Part shown: positions 19,696 through 27,812 of the stretch, in pieces | Position numbering within the stretch: the stretch's first letter is position 1 | Layout: each line of letters starts with the position of its first letter | DNA from: an uncultured Fibrobacterota bacterium | Lineage (GTDB): Bacteria; Fibrobacterota; Chitinivibrionia; Chitinivibrionales; FEN-1185 | Length of the DNA: 64,000 bases | Direction of reading: 5' to 3' | Assembly: GCA_963729895.1 (NCBI GenBank) | Contig: CAVSQB010000026.1 | Coordinates: 64,001-128,000 of the forward strand | The notes under the pieces: generated by a model | Database searches by the model: none | Seen by the model: only the letters and a program-made list of their open reading frames with translations | Told to the model about the DNA's origin: nothing | Made by a program: the position numbers and the translations under genes

Positions 19696-20538
19696 ATGAA
19701 GAAATCGGCGATTGGTTTCACAAAAATGAAAGAAGCGTCGTTGCCCATTGTCATGCTTACCGCCTACGATTGCCCCTGTGCCCGTATTCTTGACGAATGC
19801 GGAGTTGACATCGTGCTTGTGGGCGACACCGTGGGAACCACGGTTCTGGGCTACGACGACATTACGCGCGTCACCATGGACGACATGATTCACCACACGT
19901 CGGCGGTGGCGCGGGGCGTGGGCCGGGCATTCGTCGTCGGCGACATGCCCTACAAGTCTTATGCAACCAGCACCGCGGCAATCAAGAACGCGAAAAGGTT
20001 TCTGGCGTGCGGGGCAGACGCCGTCAAAATGGAAGGCGGCGCGGAAATCACCGACAGGGTGAAAGCAATGCGCCGCTGCGGCATAGAGGTGTGCGGCCAT
20101 ATCGGGTTCCTTCCACAGTCGCGTATAGGGCCCGGCGTTGTCGGCAAGACGCTTGACGAGGCCAAAGGCCTTGTAGCCGACGCCCTTGGCCTGCAGGAGG
20201 CCGGCGTTTTTATGATCGTACTCGAACTTGTCCCGCAGGAATTGGCCGGCGCCCTTACGCGCCTGCTCCGCATCCCCACTATCGGCATCGGCGCGGGGCC
20301 CCGATGCGACGGCCAGGTGCAGGTGTTCCACGACATGGCGGGCTTGTCGCCGCGGGTATTCCGTCATGTGAAGACATTTGCAAACGGTAAAGACATGCTG
20401 GCGGCCGCCGTGGCCGGCTATGTGCGCGAGGTGCGGGAACATTCGTTTCCCACGGCCGCCCACGCGGCAGCGCTCGACGGGCGCACGCAGGAGGAGATCC
20501 TGTCGTGGATCAACGCCGGAGGCGGCAGGGACCGCTGA
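19696..20538 (+). CDS. panB: 3-methyl-2-oxobutanoate hydroxymethyltransferase
   Basis: MLTAYD, LVGD, GDMP, VKMEGG, TIGIGAG..CDGQV. Confidence 0.95.
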   Translation: MKKSAIGFTKMKEASLPIVMLTAYDCPCARILDECGVDIVLVGDTVGTTVLGYDDITRVTMDDMIHHTSAVARGVGRAFVVGDMPYKSYATSTAAIKNAKRFLACGADAVKMEGGAEITDRVKAMRRCGIEVCGHIGFLPQSRIGPGVVGKTLDEAKGLVADALGLQEAGVFMIVLELVPQELAGALTRLLRIPTIGIGAGPRCDGQVQVFHDMAGLSPRVFRHVKTFANGKDMLAAAVAGYVREVREHSFPTAAHAAALDGRTQEEILSWINAGGGRDR

Positions 20539-20553
20539 CCCGGCCCTGCATTT

Positions 20554-22071
20554 CTATTGTCCGAAATGTTTCTTCAGGAGTTCGAGGTCGATCTGCGGAT
20601 ATACGGGAAATCTCTCCAAAAGCTTCTGCACGCTCGATCGCGCCTGCTTTTTGACAGACTCACCTATGGTGTATTTCGCTTTTGACGGCTTGCCTGCGTT
20701 CTCGCCTGACGAACTGATTTCCGGCCTCGCGGCGGCCAGCACGCGCTTGATGACCGATGCGATCTCGGCCATTTCTTTTTCCCCCATGCCAAGTGTGGTG
20801 ACCGCGGGCGTGCCGATGCGCAGGCCGCTGGTGTACCACGGGCCGTTCGGGTCAAAGGGCAGGGAGTTTCTGTTGAGCGTGATTCCGCATTCGCGCATGG
20901 CGCCCTCCGCCTGGCGGCCCGTGAGCCCGAACGAGCGCACGTCGATGAGCATCAGGTGATTGTCGGTGCCGCCGGTTGCCACGGTCATGCCCTCCGCGAT
21001 GCAGGCGGCGGCAAGCGCCGCCGAATTGCTCACGATCTTGGCGGCATAATCGCGGAACGACGGCGCGTTCGCCTCGGTGAGCGCAATCGCTTTTGCGGCG
21101 ATGATGTGCTCAAGCGGCCCGCCGATGACGAGCGGACACCCTTTGTCAACGTGGTCCGCATATTCCTCGGTGCACAGCACAAGGCCGCCGCGGGGCCCGC
21201 GCAGCGTTTTGTGCGTGGTGGTCGTCACCACCTGCGCGTGCGCCACCGGATTGAAGTCGCCCGTAAACACGCCGCCCGCCACGAGCCCGGCAAAATGCGC
21301 CATGTCCACCATGAGGACGGCGCCGGCCCTGTCGGCAATTCCGCGGAGCGTCTTGAAATTGATCGCGCGCGGATACGCGCTGTACCCGGCAAGAAGAATG
21401 AGCGGCCGGATCTCCATCGCCATTTTTGCGATTTCGCTGTAGTCAAGAAGGCCGGTGTCCCTGTTCACACTGTAGGTGTACGCATCGAACATCTGGGCCG
21501 ACACGTTTTGACGGTACCCGTGTGTCAGGTGGCCGCCCGAGTAGTAGTCCATGCCTAGGAGCTTCTGGTTGCCCGCCGCATGCCGAAGCGCGTCCCAATC
21601 GGAACGCGACATGTGCGCGGGGTTGGTGTCTTCGAGCTTGTCGAGAGCAGGCGCGGTGATGCGCGCGTTGAGGATGGCCCAGTAGGCGATGAGGTTGGCG
21701 TCGGCGCCGCTGTGCGGCTGCACGTAGGCATGATCGCAGCCGAACAGCGCGCATGCCTGCTGTGCCGCGTATTCCTCGATATCGTCGACATTCCCGCACC
21801 CCGCGTAGAAGCGATGGCGCGGAATTCCTTCGGCGTATTTGTCGGTGAGCAGGTTCGCCATGGCGCACTGCGTCGACAAAGAACAGTAGTTCTCGCTCGC
21901 AATCAGCTTCAGGTTGCTGCGCTGGTCGGCGAGTTCCTTGACAATGGATGACGCCACGCGGGGCGCCACTTTCGAAATCTCGGTGAGGTTCGCAATGTAG
22001 GCGAGAAAACCTGAGTCGATTGCGCCGGGCGAGGTGTGCAAAAGGTATTCGGCCAGAGCGGATTGCGGCAT
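20554..22071 (-). CDS. glyA: Serine hydroxymethyltransferase (long 505-aa type)
   Basis: LIASEN, KYAEG, QPHSG, GGHLTHG, DMAHFAGL, TTTHKTLRGPRGG. Confidence 0.97.
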   Translation of the reverse strand: MPQSALAEYLLHTSPGAIDSGFLAYIANLTEISKVAPRVASSIVKELADQRSNLKLIASENYCSLSTQCAMANLLTDKYAEGIPRHRFYAGCGNVDDIEEYAAQQACALFGCDHAYVQPHSGADANLIAYWAILNARITAPALDKLEDTNPAHMSRSDWDALRHAAGNQKLLGMDYYSGGHLTHGYRQNVSAQMFDAYTYSVNRDTGLLDYSEIAKMAMEIRPLILLAGYSAYPRAINFKTLRGIADRAGAVLMVDMAHFAGLVAGGVFTGDFNPVAHAQVVTTTTHKTLRGPRGGLVLCTEEYADHVDKGCPLVIGGPLEHIIAAKAIALTEANAPSFRDYAAKIVSNSAALAAACIAEGMTVATGGTDNHLMLIDVRSFGLTGRQAEGAMRECGITLNRNSLPFDPNGPWYTSGLRIGTPAVTTLGMGEKEMAEIASVIKRVLAAARPEISSSGENAGKPSKAKYTIGESVKKQARSSVQKLLERFPVYPQIDLELLKKHFGQ

Positions 22072-22104
22072 GGCGGTCTCCTTTTCTAATGCGGTTCCGA
22101 CCCT

Positions 22105-22180
22105 CTGCCCAGGCGCGCGACAGATTGGGAGATCACTTCCCGATGGTAGGCTCCATCCAAAGCGCCAGTCGTAGTGTCCT
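22105..22180 (-). ncRNA. ZMP/ZTP (pfl) riboswitch upstream of glyA
   Basis: Minus strand GACUGGCG...GAUGG-AGCCUA-CCAUC-GGGAAGUG...CGCGCCUGGGCA: conserved GACUGGCG/CGCC pseudoknot and CCUGGGCA 3' hairpin; glyA is a canonical target. Confidence 0.9.
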
Positions 22181-22335
22181 ACTTGTTCTCAGGAAAAAAT
22201 AATATCAGGATGGATGAGTTTTATTAGATTAGATTGAATAATTACTAGGTTTAGGAAAGATAAAATTTAGAATTCATTTGGATAGCCGTGCCGGGTGACC
22301 CCATAGTGGGAGCTGTGGCGAGAATCCAAACTTTT

Positions 22336-23629
22336 GGGGACCTCTAAAAATTCTGTAAAATAGTAGATTCCAAGATCATGTTGACAGATAGTATTATTTC
22401 GCGATGTCAGGGCGTCTATTTGTCTGATAGGTGCCCAAAACTGTTCTTTTTTCGGTCCCTTTGGGGGCCTTGTGCGGTCCTGTCCCGCTTTTCAGGCGTG
22501 GCACTCAAGATATGCAAAGCGTTTTATGTTGTAAACCAGGTTCAGGAGTCCTATCTTCGCCGCGGCCCTCAGCCGCCCGATACACCTGATCCTGCCACGA
22601 AACATGATTTCTATTTGAGCAAACACATGTTCTATACGCGATCTGACTTTGGATTTCTTCCGGTTCTGTGCCAATTGTGCTTCCGTCAATGGTGCGCCAC
22701 GAGTCCCTTTGACACATATTTTGCTTCTGTACCAGAGATAATCAAGCCTTTGTTCCGCCTTTTCCGAATGATACGCGCTGTCGGCAAACACGTCCGCGTT
22801 CGTGTTCTCAGGATTAAGGAGAGGTTCAAGCATATTGGAGTCGTGCACTTCTGCGGATGTCGCCGCATAGTCTCGAATGATTTTATGCTTCGCGTCTACC
22901 GACGCATGGTTCTTGTAGCCAAAAAACGTCTGATCGTTCTTCTTCGTCCATCGCGCATCAACATCTTTCTGACGAAGTTTCTCAGGGTGCTTTTCCCATT
23001 CCTGCGGCGTGCCCCCGTTCTTGATTTCTTTATTCTCCTCCCGCGTGTTTCTCTGGCGAGGTACCTCGACAAAACTCGCATCTATTATTTGGCCTTTCTG
23101 GGCAGTGTAACCCGCTTCGTTCAACTGACGACCGAACAGGTCAAACAGCTTCTTGACAACGCCTGCTTGTGTCAGCGTTTCCCGAAACAACCAGACCGTT
23201 TTCTCGTCGGGAATGCTATCCTCGGAAGTGAGTTCAAGAAACCGTTTGAACGTCAATCGGTCCAGAATCTGAAACTGGGTTTGCGCATCGGAAAGCCCAT
23301 ACATCGTCTGCAACACGAGAATCTTGAACATCAGGATATAATCGTACGGTGGACGACCGGCGTTGCTCTTCCGTTCCTTGCGAAAAGCCTTGTCAATAAC
23401 AGGACGAAAACTCTTCCAACGTATGGCCCGATTGATGGTTTCAAGAGGGTCTCCCATTTCGGAAAGCTCGGAAAGGCGATTCTCAAGGTCAAAAAGGCCT
23501 ATCTGTCCCATCGCAATATCCTCCAGACGGTAGTGGGTTCGCAGGTTTGTTGTCTGGAATTAAAATAATTGACGAAATAGCCTTTGTCAAGCATTAATTG
23601 GGCAAATTAGGCAATTTTTAGAGGTCCCC
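22336..23629 (-). mobile_element. IS5-family insertion sequence, 1294 bp
   Basis: Perfect 17-bp terminal IRs GGGGACCTCTAAAAATT (22336-22352 / 23613-23629); TTTT on both flanks (4-bp TSD). Confidence 0.92.
22492..23511 (-). CDS. IS5-family transposase
   Basis: GRPPYD..LMFKIL.LQ, DRLTFKRFL, PDEKT, IIDAS, FGYKNH, ADSAY, RIEHVF. Confidence 0.95.
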   Translation of the reverse strand: MGQIGLFDLENRLSELSEMGDPLETINRAIRWKSFRPVIDKAFRKERKSNAGRPPYDYILMFKILVLQTMYGLSDAQTQFQILDRLTFKRFLELTSEDSIPDEKTVWLFRETLTQAGVVKKLFDLFGRQLNEAGYTAQKGQIIDASFVEVPRQRNTREENKEIKNGGTPQEWEKHPEKLRQKDVDARWTKKNDQTFFGYKNHASVDAKHKIIRDYAATSAEVHDSNMLEPLLNPENTNADVFADSAYHSEKAEQRLDYLWYRSKICVKGTRGAPLTEAQLAQNRKKSKVRSRIEHVFAQIEIMFRGRIRCIGRLRAAAKIGLLNLVYNIKRFAYLECHA

Positions 23630-23685
23630 TTTTGTTGTGGGGCACCCGAGACCTGCTGTTGTGAAGGCCGATGAACCAATCCCAA

Positions 23686-23729
23686 GTTGACGAGTTGGAA
23701 AGTTGAAGGGTTGAAAAGTTGACTGGTTC
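23686..23729. repeat. Short degenerate 8-nt tandem repeat (GTTGANNA-like, ~5 copies)
   Basis: GTTGACGA GTTGGAAA GTTGAAGG GTTGAAAA GTTGACTG. Confidence 0.55.
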
Positions 23730-23869
23730 ATTCGGTTGAGAATTTTGCAACCGGGTGCTTGTACGGTGCGCGCAACCGAAGGTACGGGCTTGCCAAGGGT
23801 ACATCCACGCCGCACCGGCTCAGCAAACCAAAATCGTATCTTTCGGTCCTGTGGAATTGACACGAAATC

Positions 23870-25003
23870 ATGAACAAACTGTTTGCTGTTTTGCCGCTAT
23901 GGTTTGCTGCGCTTGCGCCGGCCGAACAATTACATTTTGAGGGCATTATCCCCGCGGACGTGGACAAGACCGCCATGACTGCCGAGTACTACCGGATCTA
24001 CCGCATCGTGGCGCCGCGGCAGCGGCCCGATCCCTCTCCGCTGCGCGTGGTCTACTACACCGACAACGCAGGAGAGAACTTCGACCATGCCCTTCCCGAA
24101 TGGGGCGGCGGCGGCACCATCGGCGGCAGCCTCATCGTGGTGCCAACCACGGTGAAGCCGTTTCTGGAGCAGAGCTTTGCGCAGATCACGCGGCATGAGC
24201 TTGTTCACGCCGTGCTCGCCCGCGCCTATCCGGGGCTGTATATTCCCCGCTGGTTCCACGAGGGCGCGGCCATGACGCTGTCCGGCGAGCTTTCGTTTCA
24301 GGAAAACGTCATCGTCTCGAAGGCCATTTTCACCAACAGCCTGATGCCGCTTTCGTCAATAGATTCGGTAAACGGCTTCGGCAGGAACCGGGCCGACCTC
24401 GCCTATTCACAAAGTCACCTTGCTGTGCTTTTTCTTATTGAGCAATACGGCATCGAGGTGCTCTCCGACATCCTGTATTCGGCGCGAAAGACCGGATCGT
24501 TCTGGCAGGGCGTTCAGGCAGTGCTCTCCCTCGCGCCGTCGGAATTCGAGCTTCTTGCCCGTAAAGACATTACGTCCCGCTACCAGCTCGTGTTCGTGTT
24601 CGCCGATTACTATGCCTTCTGGGTCGTTGTCGTTTTTCTCTTCCTCGTCGCGTTCGGCGTTACCGTGGTGAGGAAACAGAAGAAAATGGCGCTCATGGAG
24701 CAGGAAGAAAAAGACGATGCTATTCGAATTCCCGCTACCATGCCGTTGGTCATTGCGCCGCCCGCCCCGTTGCCCGAGCCCAACGTTCAGCCGGATGAAC
24801 AGATTGACATCAGCGATGAAACGTATGCCGGTGAAGAGGAGACAGATGATGGGTACTACGGCGATGAAGATGAGGACGACGATTATATCCTTGCGGACGG
24901 AGTGGAATTGGAGGATGAGGAGGAAAACGACGATTTTGTTGACGAGGACCAGGAATTTCACGAGGATGAGGGCCACGATGACGGAGAGGGGGAAAAAATC
25001 TAG
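23870..25003 (+). CDS. Peptidase MA-like zinc metallopeptidase, membrane-anchored, acidic tail
   Basis: Signal peptide, HELVH + PRWFHEG gluzincin-type motif, LAYSQS, one TM helix, D/E-rich C-terminus. Confidence 0.82.
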   Translation: MNKLFAVLPLWFAALAPAEQLHFEGIIPADVDKTAMTAEYYRIYRIVAPRQRPDPSPLRVVYYTDNAGENFDHALPEWGGGGTIGGSLIVVPTTVKPFLEQSFAQITRHELVHAVLARAYPGLYIPRWFHEGAAMTLSGELSFQENVIVSKAIFTNSLMPLSSIDSVNGFGRNRADLAYSQSHLAVLFLIEQYGIEVLSDILYSARKTGSFWQGVQAVLSLAPSEFELLARKDITSRYQLVFVFADYYAFWVVVVFLFLVAFGVTVVRKQKKMALMEQEEKDDAIRIPATMPLVIAPPAPLPEPNVQPDEQIDISDETYAGEEETDDGYYGDEDEDDDYILADGVELEDEEENDDFVDEDQEFHEDEGHDDGEGEKI

Positions 25004-25004
25004 T

Positions 25005-25274
25005 TCACGAGTTGTCGTCTAGTTGCATATTCGGAATTTCGCTCGCCATCTTCCTTATCTCTTCGTTGCTGAAACAATCGCCGTAGAGACGCATGAACGT
25101 GCGGCCGCGAATTTGCGGTTTGGTTAGACCCGGCTGCTCGTTTAGCAATCCCGCCTCAACGAGCCTTCTTGCCGCTTCAAACATGCTTGACGCCATTCTT
25201 AGACGCTCTGCCGGAGCACGCGATGCGTACATCGCAGCAAGAAGCATTTCAACGTCCGGAGCGGTGTCATTCAC
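25005..25274 (-). CDS. Small hypothetical protein of the type paired with nucleotidyltransferase genes
   Basis: MNDT.PDVE...AERLRMASSMF...RLYG pattern; overlaps the upstream NTase fragment. Confidence 0.7.
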   Translation of the reverse strand: MNDTAPDVEMLLAAMYASRAPAERLRMASSMFEAARRLVEAGLLNEQPGLTKPQIRGRTFMRLYGDCFSNEEIRKMASEIPNMQLDDNS

Positions 25275-25467
25275 AGGTTTTGGCCTGTTCGAGCAAATCG
25301 TAAACTCCTAGAGCTCTTGACCATTTTCCAAGATAGTCCATTTCCAGGGTTTTTACGTGCGCGAGCAACTGGCGAACATCCCTCGCCTGGAGTTCGGATT
25401 GCGATTGTTTCATCCACACAAGCTTTGAAAGAATAAGGTCTTCCGGGGCCACTAACGGTCGGACCAT
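25267..25467 (-). pseudogene. C-terminal remnant of a DUF6036-like nucleotidyltransferase
   Basis: APEDLILSKL.W...SELQ.RDV...L..DYL.KW resembles that family's C-terminus; catalytic N-terminus absent. Confidence 0.62.
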
Positions 25468-25555
25468 GCAGGCTTCACTCTCATCTCTATTTCAGCATCT
25501 TGGGTTAGCGGACCACCGCCTTTCAGTCGCCAATCTGCATTCTGCAGGAGCCCCT

Positions 25556-25825
25556 TCAAATCGAAAACATGCTCTCCAGATCGTGCTTCGAATACACCTT
25601 GAAGGTGATGAGGGTCTCTGATTTTTGGATCCCCTCGATCTTGAGCATGGAACCCGTCACAAGTTCGGCAAGCGCGTCGTTGTCCTTTGTGCGGATGACG
25701 ACGACGAGGTCGTACCTGCCGGCAACCGAATACACTTCCGAAATTCCCTTCAGATCCGAGAGCCGCTGGGCGATGGAGTCAACTTTGTCGCGTTCGACAT
25801 TGAGAAGCACGAGTCCGGTGACCAT
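25556..25825 (-). CDS. Lrp/AsnC ligand-binding-domain protein (no HTH)
   Basis: EVYSVAGRYDLV...I.GI.KSETLI; 89 aa. Confidence 0.88.
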   Translation of the reverse strand: MVTGLVLLNVERDKVDSIAQRLSDLKGISEVYSVAGRYDLVVVIRTKDNDALAELVTGSMLKIEGIQKSETLITFKVYSKHDLESMFSI

Positions 25826-25967
25826 GGGTGAACTCCTTTACAATGTACCTTTTCACAAAACTCTTGAAGCGTCAACATGAGATTCCACACAATTTTCAGC
25901 AGGACGATTGTTGATAGGAATTTACTTTTTGACAACGAAAAAGAGGAACCTTTCATTTCGGCAGGTT

Positions 25968-26714
25968 TTACAGCTCCCGCTCTTGTTTCTTATCATCCAT
26001 CAGCGACTTAAGCATATCGCCGTCGCTTCCTAAAATTCCTGCCATGTTTTCATAACACTTCTTATCAATCAATTCAAGTAATTCCGACGGGCGCTGAATC
26101 ACCGCCTTCGCTCCATGGCCGACAAGCTCGTCCCTTCCCCGAAATCCCCAGAGCGCGCCTACTGGAAACATTCCCGCCGCAACAGCAGTCTCCATATCGG
26201 TGCCAGAATCGCCTACGTAAACACATTCGGCAGGCACGACGCCGAGCGCCTTGGCCGCCTCAAGCGCGATTGCGGGGTCCGGTTTTGTCGGAACGCCTTC
26301 TCGCTCGCCGAGCACAGCGCCAAAGGGGATGTCTGAAAACAGAGTCTCCACCGACCGGACGGCAAGCCCTTGAGGCTTGTTGGTGACCACCGCGCAGCGG
26401 ATATTCCTTTTGACAAGTTCGCGCAGAAGCTCCGGAACCCCGGCATAGGGTTTTGTTTTGACAAGCAGGCGGGCGCCGTATTCCCTTCCGATCGCGGCAA
26501 GGCACGCGCGGGCGTCAGCCTCGCCCCGGCGGCCGGGCGGGAGCACCCTGCGCGCGAGCACGCCGATGCCTTCGCCCACGAACCGCCTGTATGCATCTTT
26601 CGGGTGCACGGGCAACCCGAGCGACGCCAGCGCCCGGTTCACGGCATCGGCGATGTCTTCCAGTGTGTCAAGCAATGTCCCGTCGAGATCGAACAAAACG
26701 GCCTTGCACTCCAT
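25968..26714 (-). CDS. HAD-family phosphatase (phosphoglycolate phosphatase-like)
   Basis: FDLDGTLLDT, VVTNK, KPDP, YVGDSGTD, WGFR. Confidence 0.92.
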   Translation of the reverse strand: MECKAVLFDLDGTLLDTLEDIADAVNRALASLGLPVHPKDAYRRFVGEGIGVLARRVLPPGRRGEADARACLAAIGREYGARLLVKTKPYAGVPELLRELVKRNIRCAVVTNKPQGLAVRSVETLFSDIPFGAVLGEREGVPTKPDPAIALEAAKALGVVPAECVYVGDSGTDMETAVAAGMFPVGALWGFRGRDELVGHGAKAVIQRPSELLELIDKKCYENMAGILGSDGDMLKSLMDDKKQEREL

Positions 26715-26723
26715 ACAACGATG

Positions 26724-27764
26724 TTACCCCTTTATGGAAAACCTAAGTGAAGCGATGTGGTCCCTGATCTCGAACAACCGTTCCCCGCTCCGCACAAAAG
26801 CGATGCACCCGATAACCGCTTGCGGCATCAGCACGATAACAAAGAACAGCACCGAGAACCCGGCGGCCTTTGTCGCGTCCACGCCGAACAGGACGAGCCC
26901 GAGCTTGCACAGGAACTGGAACGTACCTACGTTCGACGGCGTGTTGGGAATAATGAGGCCCACAAACACGAAAAGCAGGATGGCTGCCGCAACGGTAAAC
27001 GGCAGCGTTATGCCGTAGGCTATCATGATGATCCAGAACGCCGCGATGTGAAAAAGAAAATCGAGCGACGACACGCAAAGAGAAACCCAGAACAGCCCCG
27101 ACCTGCCGACCACGCGCAGCCCGGTTCGTATGGTGTCGACGAACGACACCGCTGCCCGGACCGGCCCAAATGACTGCCCGGGAATTCCGGCGGTGAACAC
27201 GGACTCGGAGATTCGGAAAAATACGAAGAACACGAACAGGACAACGGCAGCAAGAACGGCAATGCCCAGAATCCGTGCGGCAAGCACGACGTTTGAGGGA
27301 AGCGGGACAACGAGCGCAACGGCGCCGATGCCCACGGCAAGCCAGATGCCGTCAATCAGGTATTCCGCAAACATCGTCGCCACGGCGGCCGGGAACGTCG
27401 CGCCGGAATAGCGGGACCCGAGATAGGCGCGTCCGATCTCGCCCATGCGAAGCGGCAGGATGAGGTTGAGAAAAATGCCGGCGTACAGCGCCTTGAAGGT
27501 CTGTGCAATGGAGATCCTTCCGAGCGGCCTGAGCAGGCAATTCCAGCGGATGCTCTGGGTGACGTACCTGCCGATGTCAACGATCATTCCCAAAAGCGCA
27601 ATCGGCCAGCTTATATGCAGGATGTCGCGCCAGAGCCGGGCCAGATCCACGTCGTGAAACACCCAGTAGAGCGCGGCTCCTGCAACGCAATACACGGCCG
27701 CGGAACGGACCGCAGGGCCGTGTTTGAAAAATGACTTCCGGGATGACGGGGATTTTCCGTTCAT
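26724..27764 (-). CDS. Lysylphosphatidylglycerol synthase TM-domain (flippase-like) protein
   Basis: RW..LL, N.ILP.RMGEIGR, P.TPSNVGTFQ, multiple TM helices. Confidence 0.85.
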   Translation of the reverse strand: MNGKSPSSRKSFFKHGPAVRSAAVYCVAGAALYWVFHDVDLARLWRDILHISWPIALLGMIVDIGRYVTQSIRWNCLLRPLGRISIAQTFKALYAGIFLNLILPLRMGEIGRAYLGSRYSGATFPAAVATMFAEYLIDGIWLAVGIGAVALVVPLPSNVVLAARILGIAVLAAVVLFVFFVFFRISESVFTAGIPGQSFGPVRAAVSFVDTIRTGLRVVGRSGLFWVSLCVSSLDFLFHIAAFWIIMIAYGITLPFTVAAAILLFVFVGLIIPNTPSNVGTFQFLCKLGLVLFGVDATKAAGFSVLFFVIVLMPQAVIGCIAFVRSGERLFEIRDHIASLRFSIKG

Positions 27765-27812
27765 TGCACGCTGCTGCTTCCATAACCGGAAAACCGGTGA
27801 GGGGAAATGCCG

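Noticed and set aside
22378..23568. 396-aa + strand ORF inside IS5
   Set aside because: Antisense shadow of the transposase; no recognisable motifs.
23686..23729. Possible CRISPR-like repeat
   Set aside because: 8-nt units with no spacers and no cas genes; no CRISPR array seen anywhere in the window.
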